From: an uncultured virus (IMG/VR IMGVR_UViG_3300049255_000202)
Lineage: Duplodnaviria > Heunggongvirae > Uroviricota > Caudoviricetes
Direction: 5' to 3' (one strand)
IMG/VR virus record: IMGVR_UViG_3300049255_000202
DNA length: 64,000 nt
Shown: piece by piece, positions 1 through 10,304 of the stretch
Layout of the letters: each line of letters starts with the position of its first letter
How positions within the stretch are numbered: position 1 is the first letter of the stretch
Made by a program: the position numbers and the translations under genes
Notes under the pieces: model-generated
What the model was told of the DNA's origin: nothing
Databases searched by the model: none
The model's input: the letters and a program-made list of their open reading frames with translations, nothing else

Positions 1-1678
1 TGACGTAGTAGGCAAAGACCTCCGCGAACGCCTCGTCGATGTTCGAGCCGCCGTACTCCGTGACCGGCAACACGGGGCGCTCGTCCTTGGGATCGAACTC
101 CCGCTTCGTCACCTCTTGCACCTTGTTGAGGTACTTCTGCGCGCCCTCGCCCATCTCTTTCACGTAGATGCGGGCGTCGTGGAGCCACATGCGGAACCCC
201 TCGCCCCAGTTCCCGTTCGCGTCGTAGTACTCCTTGAGGTCCTTGAGGATGGTGCGACTCAAGAGGAAGCGGCGTAGCTTGACCTCGGGCGAGTTCTCCG
301 TCCCCGTGTAGAACTCGGCCATCGCTTTTTGCAGCTCGGGGTAGTCGTACTCGGAGACGGTGCTCGTCAGAGCGTCGTAGACGGGGTCCTTCTCGGTCAC
401 GAGCTTCTCGAGCATGGGCGCCCACTTGTCGATGCACGCCTTCTCGTCGGCATCCGTGTCTTTCCAGACGAACTCCTTCTCGAACTCGTCGAGAGCGTCT
501 TGGAGTTTGTGGACGCGCTCCCACACGACCTCGCGGGCGTCTTGGATCTTCTTTGCCGGCGGGCGCTTGCCATTCTGCGGGTAGGTCTTGACCAGCGCCT
601 CGAACTTGCCGCGCTGGGTCTCGGACATGAACTTGAACCAGAAGCGATGGCCGAGTTCGTGCGCGAGCAGCTCGACGATGAAATCGCTCGGGCGGGAGTA
701 GACGTTCACGACGTCGGGGCCGATGGGGTAGTCCCCGCCGGTCCCGCCCCCGGTGTGCGGGTTGGCTCCGCCGCACTCCTTGCACCGGATGAAGAGGGTG
801 CCGTACCAGATCTTCGTGAGGCCCTTCGCGCGGAGCCGCTCGTAGGTCTCGTCGAAGTAGTGGACGTAGCGCTTGATGTCCATGGCATCGACGGTCGAGT
901 CGTCGACGACCACCTTCATGCCGTAGAGGTCGAACTCCGTGAACTCCTCCGGCCCTTCGCCGTAGACGGTGGCGAACACCTCTTGGAGGAAATCGATCCA
1001 CTTGAGCGGGTCGAGCTTCGAGTGCTTCGTGTCGACCGTGATGAGGCGCTTGGCGAGAAGGTCGAGCTTCTGCGTGCCAAACCACCGCCACTTGATGTCC
1101 GTGACGTGATCGGGGGCGTAGCCGAGCGCCTGGTCGTACTTGACCTCTTCCTCCAGGGCCGCGAGGACCTCGGGTGGCGCCCTCTTGACGAGCCGCTGGG
1201 CGAGCGAGACGACGAGACGCGCGTCCGAGTGCCACTTGCCCTTGAGGGCGTCGCGCAGGGTCTTGATCTTCTCCTCGAAGACGGATGTCATGCGCGACGT
1301 GATGGCCGAGATCACTTCGTCCTCGGCGGTCTTGGCCGGGTAGCGGCCCGTCGTCGCGATGTCGAACGTCGTGTAGCTTGTCGCGAACTCCTCGACCTGC
1401 TTCTTGATCGCCTCGATCCGGTCTTGAACGCTCTGCTCGACGAAGCGGTTCATCCCGAAGCCGAGGAGCTGTTTGTGGAACTGCTCGAAGAACGGGAGGA
1501 GCTTGTCGCGAAGCTGGTAGGACACGCCGCTGGGCGTGCGGTCGCGCAGTTCTTCGAGCAGCATCTTGCGGAGGGTCGCCTTCGACTCCCGCCAGAACTT
1601 GTCGGGGATGAAGCCGGCCTCGCGCACAAATCTGTGGGCTACTCGCTCCGACTGATCGGGTATTTCTGCGGTGTCCAT
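1..1678 (-). CDS. Large zincin-like metallopeptidase-domain protein (runs off window start)
   Basis: Manually translated minus-strand frame (absent from ORF track because no stop in window): MDTAEIPDQSERVAHRFVREAG..., HExxH motif LAHELGHRF, and distal VTEYGGSNIDEAFAEVFAYYV third-ligand-type motif. The + ORF 329..1723 is its antisense shadow. Confidence 0.75.
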   Translation of the reverse strand, partial: MDTAEIPDQSERVAHRFVREAGFIPDKFWRESKATLRKMLLEELRDRTPSGVSYQLRDKLLPFFEQFHKQLLGFGMNRFVEQSVQDRIEAIKKQVEEFATSYTTFDIATTGRYPAKTAEDEVISAITSRMTSVFEEKIKTLRDALKGKWHSDARLVVSLAQRLVKRAPPEVLAALEEEVKYDQALGYAPDHVTDIKWRWFGTQKLDLLAKRLITVDTKHSKLDPLKWIDFLQEVFATVYGEGPEEFTEFDLYGMKVVVDDSTVDAMDIKRYVHYFDETYERLRAKGLTKIWYGTLFIRCKECGGANPHTGGGTGGDYPIGPDVVNVYSRPSDFIVELLAHELGHRFWFKFMSETQRGKFEALVKTYPQNGKRPPAKKIQDAREVVWERVHKLQDALDEFEKEFVWKDTDADEKACIDKWAPMLEKLVTEKDPVYDALTSTVSEYDYPELQKAMAEFYTGTENSPEVKLRRFLLSRTILKDLKEYYDANGNWGEGFRMWLHDARIYVKEMGEGAQKYLNKVQEVTKREFDPKDERPVLPVTEYGGSNIDEAFAEVFAYYV

Positions 1679-1719
1679 CCAAGGACGTCCTCCTATCAAA
1701 CGCTTACCGCCGGTGGGGC

Positions 1720-2411
1720 GTGACACCCGGCGCACACGTCGTCGTTTTGTCCGATCGGGCCACGGTCGGGGTCGAGGGGCGTCTTCGGCCGGGTCCGACC
1801 TCGGGGTTCGCGTTCCTCTTCAGGGCTCCGCAGACCGTGGCGGCCCAGGTCCTCGCCACCGGGACCGGCGCCATCAACGTCGACGGGTGCCGCATTCCGA
1901 GCGGCGGCGAGCACTTCCGCTCGACCGTGAAGGGCCGTAGTGGCGGCACGCTCAGCGGACGACCCGCGCGAAGGCGCCTCGCTCGGGATGTTCCAGGCGG
2001 ACAAGGCGTTCGAGCCCACGAACCACCCAGGCGGGCGGTGGCCCCCGAACGTGCTTCTCGTCCACGCTCCCGGCTGTACGCGCGTGGGAACGAGGCAGGT
2101 CCAAGGGGACCGGCCACTGGCCGAGCGCCCGCGGCGTTGGCGGGCTAGGGACCACCGGGCACTCAGGGCAGCTCGGGCTCGAGGAGCGCTACGCCGAAGA
2201 GACCGTCTCCGTGTGGGAGTGTGAGACCTCGTGCCCCGTGAAGATCCTCGACGGCCTCTCGGGTGAACTTCACTCGGCCATCGGCAAGCCGAGCGTCCAG
2301 AAGTCCGTCATGGCAAACGTGAACTTCAACGGCAAAGCCTTCAGCATCCCCGGCCAGAACCAATGGGGGGACTCGGGCGGAACCTCACGGTTCTACCCGC
2401 AGTTCGAGTGA
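1720..2411 (+). pseudogene. Frameshifted fragment of phage-type N6/N4 DNA methyltransferase (middle region only)
   Basis: Segments typical of phage DNA methylases in different frames: TGTGAINVDGCRIP, GRWPPNVLLVH, WGDSGGTSRFYPQF. No catalytic DPPY or SAM-binding motif seen. Confidence 0.55.
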
Positions 2412-2450
2412 CCACCTGGTCGAGTGGCTCCGCCGGCTCATGGGCGGCGG

Positions 2451-2765
2451 CTACCTCTTTCGCGACGGGCGTGCGACGGGCGGAGGCCGTGAGAGCGTCT
2501 TCTGGACGAAGGCGTTGAGCTTCTCCAACTGGGCGGCGTTGATGGTGATGCCCGAGCTGCTTTCGGGGTGCGTGCCGAGGAAGATCGTGGTCGGCTCCCC
2601 CGTCGACTCGACTACCACGACGTCGAGGGTCTCTTCGTGCGGCGGTTTGCCCTCGATGAGGGTTGAGCTTCGGCGGCGTTTCTTCTTCGGACGCTCGGCC
2701 ATGCGGTCGAGCTGGTCCGCGTGCTGGAGCATCCGGTTGAGGCTCGTGATCCTACGAACGGCCAT
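2451..2765 (-). CDS. Hypothetical protein
   Basis: ORF in a tightly packed minus-strand run. Confidence 0.5.
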   Translation of the reverse strand: MAVRRITSLNRMLQHADQLDRMAERPKKKRRRSSTLIEGKPPHEETLDVVVVESTGEPTTIFLGTHPESSSGITINAAQLEKLNAFVQKTLSRPPPVARPSRKR

Positions 2766-2909
2766 TGCGCTTCGGTGTCTTTCGGGGCTCGCGGATGTCG
2801 AACGTGACGAGTCGGCCGTCGGATAGACGTTTCTCTACGTGCTCTTTGTCCGAGATGATGGATCGGAGCATCGCGCGAAGCTCGCGCTTGGCCTTGGCCG
2901 TCTTGTCGG

Positions 2910-3146
2910 TCACGGGGTCGCCTCCAGGTACTCGTGCGCGCACTCGTTGGTCGCGCTCGCCGGGTTCTTCGGGTGAAGGTTGCACTTCACGCAGCGGTTC
3001 TTGTCGGGCTTCTTCTCTTGCTTCACCGGCTTGGCCGCCTCGGGATACTCGTGCGCGAAACCGTAGGTACAGCCCTGGCCGGGGTTGTCGTTCACCCAGG
3101 GGACCGCATCGCCCTCGTGACGGAGACAGAAGATGCAGAGCCTCAC
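2910..3146 (-). CDS. Small Cys/His-rich hypothetical protein
   Basis: CxxC pairs with repeated CxxCxxH...HEY pattern; start/stop overlaps with neighbours. Confidence 0.6.
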   Translation of the reverse strand: MRLCIFCLRHEGDAVPWVNDNPGQGCTYGFAHEYPEAAKPVKQEKKPDKNRCVKCNLHPKNPASATNECAHEYLEATP

Positions 3147-3331
3147 GACTTCACCTTGGCTTTGCCGGAGAGCACGCCCGCGAGTTTCACGACGGCGTCG
3201 AGCGCTTCTTCCTCGGTCATCTCGCCGCGCTCGACCCGCTTCTGAACGTTCGTGAGCATGTTCTTCGCGTCCTCGACCACCGCGATGACTTTCGGGAGGA
3301 CCGGACCGGGTCTGCGTTTCTTCGCCGCCAT
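3143..3331 (-). CDS. Small hypothetical protein (MAAKKRRPG...)
   Basis: ATG 10 nt downstream of CGGTGTA (3342-3348, minus strand). Confidence 0.6.
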   Translation of the reverse strand: MAAKKRRPGPVLPKVIAVVEDAKNMLTNVQKRVERGEMTEEEALDAVVKLAGVLSGKAKVKS

Positions 3332-3853
3332 ACAGGGAAGGTACACCGATCGCGAATCTTGACAGGCAAGCCTACAGTGTCCTACATTGGAGCCATGAGC
3401 GGACCGGGAGCTGGGCCACCTGCTCTGCGATTGGGCGATGCTCGAGCGGCGGATGGCGTCCGAGAGAAGGCGCTCCCAGGCGGTCCGGCGGACCCGTGTG
3501 TCGGTCGGACCGACATACCCGCAGTGGAGGCACCGGAACTGGCCCGGCGTGTTGAAGTAGCCCCGGCGCGCGGGAGCGCTCGCACTGCGGGCAGTTGAAC
3601 AGGATCGGGTCAGGGGCGGTTGTGAACGAGCTGTACACTCAGTCCCTCTCCGGCGACTCGTCTTTGCACCACAAGATGGCCGGCGGACCCTCAGGGTCAA
3701 GAGGGACAACATCGATGCGCTTCGGGTCGCGGGGCGGCCAGTCCATCCCCGCGGGCGAGTTTCATGGCGGCGTCCCGGTCGGCCGCTCGCACCACGTTGA
3801 TCGAGTAGCCCCACCGTTCGTGGTCGTAGACGAGCCAAAGCATCGGGCGCACC

Positions 3854-3869
3854 TACACCGGGCGGTGTA
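3854..3869. promoter_or_regulatory. Back-to-back pair of CGGTGTA motifs (putative divergent promoters)
   Basis: TACACCG-gg-CGGTGTA, with an ATG 10 nt away on each side (3843 minus, 3880 plus). Confidence 0.7.
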
Positions 3870-3879
3870 CTTTCAGCTC

Positions 3880-4131
3880 ATGTGGGGCGAGTCCAAGGAC
3901 GTCGACGGCGAGTGCAACGCCCGCCTGGAGATCGGGGACGACTTCGGGGACAACCACGCGACCATGCGGTGTCAGCGCGAGCCCGGACACGAGGGCAGGC
4001 ACCGCGAGGTCTACAAGTCCTCTCGCTCGGGCGAAGTCATCGTCGGGCTCGTCCGGTTCGAGCCGGACGTCGCGCTCCCACTCGAGGACCTGTTCGAACC
4101 CGTCGAGGATGACGATGCGGACGAAAACTGA
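3880..4131 (+). CDS. Hypothetical protein
   Basis: ATG 10 nt after CGGTGTA; C...C...GHxGxH metal-binding-like pattern. Confidence 0.55.
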   Translation: MWGESKDVDGECNARLEIGDDFGDNHATMRCQREPGHEGRHREVYKSSRSGEVIVGLVRFEPDVALPLEDLFEPVEDDDADEN

Positions 4132-4262
4132 CTACAACGAGAGGGCTCGCCAGACGGTGCCGTGCGGCTACTGCGGCGCGAAACGGGGCAGCCCGTGCCG
4201 AGGGGCCTTCGGCGACGTCCGGTACACGCACTCCGTGCGGAGGCGTGACACGATCCTCAAGC

Positions 4263-4544
4263 TCAGAGGCTCACCTTGTGGAACTTCGCCGCGAAGTCCG
4301 TGAGCGCCCACGAGGCCTGATCGACCTTCTCGCTCGCCTCTTCGAGCATGCGCATCGGCTTGATGAGCTTCGCCATGCCCCCGAACTCGCCGCCCATCTG
4401 GCGCTCGATTTCGGCCTGAATCGCGTTGGCCCGCGTGATGAGCGCCTTGAGGTTCGCGGCGGCGGCCGTGACGTCGGACGCGAGCTGATCGACCTCGGCA
4501 GCCGAGGCGACCTTCCATCGGGGATCGTTGGCGGGAATGGTCAC
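4263..4544 (-). CDS. Small helical/coiled-coil hypothetical protein
   Basis: GTG start overlaps the upstream TGA; MTIPANDPRWKVASAAEVDQL... Confidence 0.6.
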   Translation of the reverse strand: MTIPANDPRWKVASAAEVDQLASDVTAAAANLKALITRANAIQAEIERQMGGEFGGMAKLIKPMRMLEEASEKVDQASWALTDFAAKFHKVSL

Positions 4545-5416
4545 TTGAGCCAGTCTTTCACGTCCGTGAACAGGTTCCACACGAACCACTTGTTCGCGGC
4601 CTGACGAATCGTGTCCGCCATCGTCCCATCCTCGGTGTGGTACCCGACGTTGAGCCGGCTGAGGTACTTCTCGACGTTCTCGGCGGCGGCCTTGCACGCC
4701 TCCTCGGTCTTGAGGAACGCGGCCTTGTCCTTGGTCTCGACGAAGTGCTTGCACGCCTTGAGGATGGTCTCGACGTCCCCCTTGATCTTCGGGAGCCAGG
4801 GGATGTCGTCCTCGTCAGCCTTGAGCACGTTCTCGTAGACGGCGATGATCTCGTTCGCCCACTTGACGTACTTCCCGACGTCGAGGTCCTTGTAGTCGGC
4901 CTTCCACGGGAGCGCGTACCCGAAGGACTCGGTGAACTTGCCCTTCTGCCCGCGCTCGACGACGCGCATCGGGTCCTTGAGGCACTCCTCGTACTCGGCC
5001 TTGCCGAGCCCGATGATGTGGCAGAGGAGATCGGAGAAGCTGTCGTCGCCCACGTCCGCCGAGACGTGGTTGTCCTTCTCGAACTTCGTGACGACGTGAT
5101 AGAGCTTGCCCTTGAGCTGGTCGAACGTCGCACGCATCTCGTTCGCCTGCTCGGGCGTGAGCTTGGACATCAGGTCCTTTTTGATGGCCTTGTAGTCCCT
5201 GGTCTTCGTTCCCCAGCCGTAGGGCTCCGTGAGGTTCCAGAACTCCTGCACGCTCATGGAGGCTACTACGCCCCGAGGACCGTGGAGATCAACGCCGTCC
5301 GCCACCTCTCGGAGCAAGTGCGCGATTCTCTTACGTTCCGGACGGCCGGTCAGGACCGCGAACGCGACGCGCATGAGGACACGGCTCAAGTCCTGGGGCG
5401 AGGCGATCCGGCGCAT
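4541..5416 (-). CDS. DUF4240-like protein with N-terminal extension
   Basis: MSVQEFWNL... and DDSFSDLLCHIIGLGKAEYE resemble DUF4240 motifs, preceded by a ~53 aa leader. Confidence 0.55.
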   Translation of the reverse strand: MRRIASPQDLSRVLMRVAFAVLTGRPERKRIAHLLREVADGVDLHGPRGVVASMSVQEFWNLTEPYGWGTKTRDYKAIKKDLMSKLTPEQANEMRATFDQLKGKLYHVVTKFEKDNHVSADVGDDSFSDLLCHIIGLGKAEYEECLKDPMRVVERGQKGKFTESFGYALPWKADYKDLDVGKYVKWANEIIAVYENVLKADEDDIPWLPKIKGDVETILKACKHFVETKDKAAFLKTEEACKAAAENVEKYLSRLNVGYHTEDGTMADTIRQAANKWFVWNLFTDVKDWLK

Positions 5417-5669
5417 CCTGTCCCCAGCGCCTTACAAGAACTTTCGGCGGGTTAGCACACGGTCGGGAGCGCCGTGACGCCGCGCTCGGCGATCCACGAG
5501 GGCACGTCGGGGCGGACCGAGGTCCCCCGGCCTTGCTTGTAGCGGCGGCTGTCGTGTAGGAGGCAGCACTGAATCCAGTCGGGCACGATGTCCCGCACCA
5601 CCACGACGAGAGCCCCGTCCTCGCGCCCAAGCATCCGTTTGCGTTCACGGAGCCACCGCTCGAACCGGC

Positions 5670-5848
5670 GCGAGGAGTGCGGGTCGGTCATCGATCGCGA
5701 CCTGAACGCTTCGCTCAACCTGAAAATGTTGGCCGGGAGTTCCCCGGTGTCAGCCTGTCGCCCTGAGAGCGCTGGTTCGCGTCGTAAGACGAGGACGAAA
5801 CTCTTGGTTGGGCAGGAACCGAGAAGGTCAGAGGAAGCCTATGGCTGA
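5670..5848 (+). mobile_element. tnpB: 3' remnant of IS200/IS605/IS607 tnpB, interrupting a minus-strand gene
   Basis: ECGSVIDRDLNASLNLKMLAGSSPVSACRPES is the TnpB C-terminal zinc-finger/RuvC-III signature. Confidence 0.8.
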
Positions 5849-5998
5849 TTCTGACCACTTCGGAGAACGGCTCTTTGCGATAGACGGGGTTGCTCTGGCG
5901 GACCCACCCCTTGCGCGGGACCCACACGTGGACGGTGCGGCTCTTGGCCGCGTGCGAGATCGGTAGCTCGCCCCACTGGAGAAAGTCGTAGACGACCC

Positions 5999-6217
5999 TC
6001 ATACGACCGGAAGGATCAAGACGTCAGGCTCGCCGTCGCGCCGCATGCGAAGCTCGTAGCCCGCCGCGAGTTTCGAGGTCACGAGGTCGTAGAGCGTGAT
6101 GGCCTTGCGGACGACGGCGGCCTTGCTCGGAGCGTCGGTGGCCTCGACGAGCTTCTCCAGGCGTTCGTAGAACTGCGTAGGTAGGTCGAGCGTGATGCGG
6201 ACCTTCTCGTCGCTCAT
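5999..6217 (-). CDS. Ribbon-helix-helix (CopG-like) DNA-binding protein
   Basis: VRITLDLP...LEKL......SKAAVVRKAI pattern. Confidence 0.7.
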   Translation of the reverse strand: MSDEKVRITLDLPTQFYERLEKLVEATDAPSKAAVVRKAITLYDLVTSKLAAGYELRMRRDGEPDVLILPVV

Positions 6218-6675
6218 GCCTGGGCCTCCCACAGCTTGTCGAGGCGCTTCACTTCGGCGCGGACGAGCGGAAGCATTTTGTCGACCTCAGGGCGCGTGTG
6301 CTTGACCTTCACGGCCTCGCGTTTCTCCATCCACGTCTCGTACCCCGCCCTGTCTTTGTTGTAGTCGGGACGAGCCCCGAGTTTGGCCCAGTCCTTCGAC
6401 ATCTTCTCGTAGAGCTTCGGGTCGAAGAACGCTTCCTCCGCGAAATGCGTGAGGATGTGGTTGACCTCCGGCGCGACGTAGACGCCGTACTTGTCCGTGG
6501 CGCACCATCGGTTCTTCTTCGGGAGCCGCATGGCCGCCTTGACGCTCGGGACGATGAGGATCGGCCAGGACTCGTAGCCGTCATAGACCATGAACGGCAC
6601 GGGCTCCTTGAAGACGTTGGGTTCCACGTCGTCTTTGGAGAACCGTGTTTTGCGCTCCCCGACCTTGATCGCCAT
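6214..6675 (-). CDS. Hypothetical protein
   Basis: Protein-like composition from MAIKVGERK; stop overlaps next start. Confidence 0.55.
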   Translation of the reverse strand: MAIKVGERKTRFSKDDVEPNVFKEPVPFMVYDGYESWPILIVPSVKAAMRLPKKNRWCATDKYGVYVAPEVNHILTHFAEEAFFDPKLYEKMSKDWAKLGARPDYNKDRAGYETWMEKREAVKVKHTRPEVDKMLPLVRAEVKRLDKLWEAQA

Positions 6676-7045
6676 CCACCGCGTGAGCGAATAGATGTGA
6701 CACGACTCCCAGCCGTGGCAGTGCGATGCGTAGTTGAATCCCGCCAGGACGCCTTGGAAGATGATCGCCGTCGAGCCGCCCGTTCGCATTCGCATCGAAG
6801 CGGCTCTCCCGTGCAACCGCAAGACGCTCGTGCGGTTCGTCACGAAAGCGGGGGCGACGAACATCCGGCACGGCCACAACGCCCGTGTCTTCTACTGCGA
6901 GGTGTCGAGCATCGATGTCGCGTCGAAGATCCTGCTCGACCTCAAGTACGAGTTCGCGAGCCTACTACCAAGGCTGGACCGAACCCGTGAAATGACGGAG
7001 GCAACATGGCAGGAAAGAAACGATCGATCGGTGAGCGAGCCATCA

Positions 7046-8089
7046 TCACTCGGGCTCCTTGAGGGCGATGGGGCGCGAGAGGATCGGTGCATCGAGAGGA
7101 CCTCTCCAGTAGGGTTCGACCCACACGGGGTAGCCCATGCGCTCGGAGAGCTTGGGCTTCCAGTGGCCGCGCACGAGGGTCTGGACCGTGGGGCTCGCGC
7201 CCTTGCGCTTGCCACGGTCGTGAATGAAGTCGTCGAGAGCCTGGCGGCAATCGACCACGATCTCCTTGCCGAGTTTGAACGTGCGCGCCTTGGGCTCCTT
7301 GCCCCGGCGGCCGACACTGCCGACGCTGCCGACGCTGCCGTGGCTCGGGTGCGCTTTGACGTTCGACGGGTCGCTCATGGCGAGGCACACGGCGGCGATG
7401 AGCTTGCCGACGAGCTGGTTCGTCCGGCCGTCTACGCCTTGGTCGAGAGGGATGGCGAACGTGCATCCCTCCCATGTGCCGGTCCCGGTCAGCTCCGAGA
7501 GGGCGAGTTCCTTGGTGTCGATACCGTGGCGCCAGATGGTCGTGGCGCCGTCCGTCATGGCGAGGAACTGCCAGGTCTCGCCACGCTCCTCGGTCCGGAC
7601 GTGGTGAACGAGCACGCGCCGGATGGTGATCTCCTGCCCGTTCTCGGCCACGATGGGGAGCATGGCGTCCGGCACTTCGACCATGAACGCGGGCCACGGT
7701 GGGCGGACCTGCGGCAGCACCTCGGTCGGGATGTGGGTCGCCATGAGGGCCGCCGCGTAGCGGTGCCCCACGACGATCTGAGGGAACCCGCAGTCGGCCC
7801 ACCGGGCTCCGCCGAGGGCGAGGATCTGGTCGAAAGGGAGCGCGAGCGAGTCCGCCAGCTCCGGGCTTTGGGCCGCGAACCACGTCTCGGCCAGGTCGTA
7901 GGCCGTCCGGTCGTCCTGGGTGTGGGCATACGTCACCCGCCAAAGAACCGACCCCATTTCCATGATTTGCGCCTTGGTGGGCGCGAGGAGCCTCTGCTCA
8001 GCCGGGGTCATCTGCCGGCGCAGAACCTCGCGGCGCTGGTGGAGGGCCTCGGCAACTTCCTGGCGGGACTGGGGGCGCGTGAAGACCAC
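7046..8089 (-). CDS. Phage-type hypothetical protein with C-terminal VRGHW...WVEPYWRGP motif
   Basis: 347 aa ORF; this C-terminal motif recurs in phage proteins of unknown function; CGGTGTA upstream at 8105-8111. Confidence 0.7.
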   Translation of the reverse strand: MVFTRPQSRQEVAEALHQRREVLRRQMTPAEQRLLAPTKAQIMEMGSVLWRVTYAHTQDDRTAYDLAETWFAAQSPELADSLALPFDQILALGGARWADCGFPQIVVGHRYAAALMATHIPTEVLPQVRPPWPAFMVEVPDAMLPIVAENGQEITIRRVLVHHVRTEERGETWQFLAMTDGATTIWRHGIDTKELALSELTGTGTWEGCTFAIPLDQGVDGRTNQLVGKLIAAVCLAMSDPSNVKAHPSHGSVGSVGSVGRRGKEPKARTFKLGKEIVVDCRQALDDFIHDRGKRKGASPTVQTLVRGHWKPKLSERMGYPVWVEPYWRGPLDAPILSRPIALKEPE

Positions 8090-8231
8090 GGCTTCAGAGT
8101 CTAGTACACCGGCCGGTGAAGTCTTTATCGAACGCGCCGTTAGGGTTCACTCATGCGTGCTACGCTCGTGGTGATGGTGACGGGAAAGGAGTTCGCCGGG
8201 CTCTAGGGTCTCCAAAAGGAGGGACCCGGCC

Positions 8232-8447
8232 ATGCGTACTCCCCTCCCGAGCGTGCAGCACTCGATCAAGCGCGCCTACCGTCACATCTACAAGGACGCC
8301 AAGACGGCCCGGTGGCAGAAGGCACACGCCAACCGTCGCCACCGCCGCTACTTGAACCGCGTCACGCGCACCTTCGTGCGTGACCCCGAGATGTTCTACC
8401 GCGAGGACTTCGGTGCCCCGAGCCTTTCGGGCTGGGACATCGACTAG
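8232..8447 (+). CDS. Small basic hypothetical protein
   Basis: AGGAGG SD upstream; Arg/Lys/His rich. Confidence 0.6.
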   Translation: MRTPLPSVQHSIKRAYRHIYKDAKTARWQKAHANRRHRRYLNRVTRTFVRDPEMFYREDFGAPSLSGWDID

Positions 8448-8878
8448 GCGTCGTCCTCGAACATCGAGAGCACGTGGCGGATCGCCTCGACCCGCCACGT
8501 TGCCATTTTCTCGGGCCGATTCTTCCACCATCCGTCTTCGATGTGACGGAGGTTCCAGGCGAGCCGTGCCTTCGCGCCGCCCCACTGGGCAACGGTCAGC
8601 TCCGTGTTGACGCCTTCGAGGATCATCACGGCGTGCTCGACCTCTTCGTAGCTTCCGTCGCACACGCTCGTTCCGCTCCTCATCGGATGATCCTCGCACG
8701 GGAACTTGCGAAGGGCGTAGACCAGGGAGCCCCGAGCCCCTTCGGTCCTCGGGTCGCGGATGGCGTCGACGAGCGCTTGTTTCGCTCCCGGTTCGCCCGA
8801 CTCCGACAACTCCCAGGCGAGCCGGTTGCGCTCTTGCGGCTCCGTGGCCGCGCGGAAGCGTTCGACGAGGCTAGCCAT
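8444..8878 (-). CDS. HEAT-repeat-like protein
   Basis: RNRLAWELSE...AKQALVDAIRDPRT...RGSLVYAL pattern. Confidence 0.5.
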   Translation of the reverse strand: MASLVERFRAATEPQERNRLAWELSESGEPGAKQALVDAIRDPRTEGARGSLVYALRKFPCEDHPMRSGTSVCDGSYEEVEHAVMILEGVNTELTVAQWGGAKARLAWNLRHIEDGWWKNRPEKMATWRVEAIRHVLSMFEDDA

Positions 8879-9816
8879 ACATGACCATGAGGCGGAGCGC
8901 TGCCTCGACGAACGGCTTGGTCCCCGCGGCCTTGGCCTCGCCTGTCCTCTTGCAGATCAGCTCGAACCGGGTCTCGCCCACCTGTTCGATCTTCCAGCCC
9001 TCGGTGGAGGAGGGGACCTTCAGGTTCGTGTTCAGCTCCCAGGCAATAGCGGCATGTTACTTGATCTCCTTCACGTCGAGGCACTTCCCCTCGTGCGCGA
9101 ACCACGTGCCGCCCTTGAGGCGGCAGTCTTCCCGCTGCTCGTAGTTCACGTAACAAATCAACCCGAAGACGAAGATGAGCACCATGGCTCCGAGGACGCC
9201 GAAGACCCACTTGCTCGCGAGCACCATGGCCTCCCTGCGGCTCGAGGCGCGCATCTCGCGAAGCAAGTCCTCCGTCTCGTCGTAGTCGGGCGGAGGCGGC
9301 GCGGGACGTAGGGTTTGGGCGCGGGGCGGCGGAAGGATGAGGCGTTCACGGTTTGATGTCTCCCGAGGGCAAGCGGAGCGGGTGCTGCTGGAACTTCGTT
9401 CGCGACGGACCGCAGTGCCCTTTCTCGTTCGTCGCATGGCGGATGTAGATCCCGAACGTCCCCGCGTCAGGGTGTCCGCAAATGAAGTTCATGTCGTCGG
9501 GCTCCATGTAGCAGTGGGCACAAGCCCGGCAGTTGTGGTTGTCCATCACGAGCCCTTTCCGAGGCTGTCCCCGCTCGCCCAGGCGTCACCGCGGTCGACG
9601 CACGCGAGGCACATGGGGTCCGAGTCGCCCGCGGGTTTCCCGAAGGGAACTTTCGCACCACATGCCGGCGTCTTGTCGAGGACCTCGTCGATGTAGCCGA
9701 AGAGATGAACGAGCCCGTCGTTGCACGTAGCCGGGATCACTTTTGTCCCGCCCGCGGGTCGCGTGACGACCTCATACCCTTCACGCTCCGCTCTCTACAC
9801 CGTGCTACTGTTGAGC

Positions 9817-10092
9817 GTGTTCGAAGACGACCACCTGACGAAGCTCAAGGCCCAGATCGCGGAGCGGGATGTCCAGTTCCGCGTCGAGGGCGTGGACAAG
9901 AGCGGCAAGGTGCTTCGGTGGGCCGAGCTGACGGCCAAACCCTCGAGTGATGGGACGTGGGGCATCACCATCAAGCTCGGGGACGGCACGTCATTCAGCA
10001 AGAGCCATCCCGACGAGGGCATCGAGGACGAGCTGACAGAGCTGATGCTCTGGATTAGAGGCGCGTTCCTCAAAGACGGTAAGTCCAACTGA
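9817..10092 (+). CDS. Hypothetical protein
   Basis: Protein-like composition from GTG at 9817. Confidence 0.5.
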   Translation: MFEDDHLTKLKAQIAERDVQFRVEGVDKSGKVLRWAELTAKPSSDGTWGITIKLGDGTSFSKSHPDEGIEDELTELMLWIRGAFLKDGKSN

Positions 10093-10304
10093 ACACGCGC
10101 ACCCCGGGCAAAGAACTTCCGGTCTTGTCGAGCGACCCTCGAAGTCGCACGCTCGGGGACATGAACCGCAAGATGAAGCGAGCCCGCAAGGCCGCCCTTC
10201 GCCGCCACCGACTCCCCGAGAACGCCCCGGTCGCCTTCGATTACAAGGGGCCGAACGATAGCGTAGACAACTCGTTCGTGCGCGAGGCTGGGAAGAGATA
10301 GGCG

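Noticed and set aside
329..1723. 464 aa plus-strand ORF (likewise 6734..8104, 27812..29632, 31104..32735, 41679..42827)
   Set aside because: Antisense shadows of real genes on the opposite strand, as expected in GC-rich DNA.
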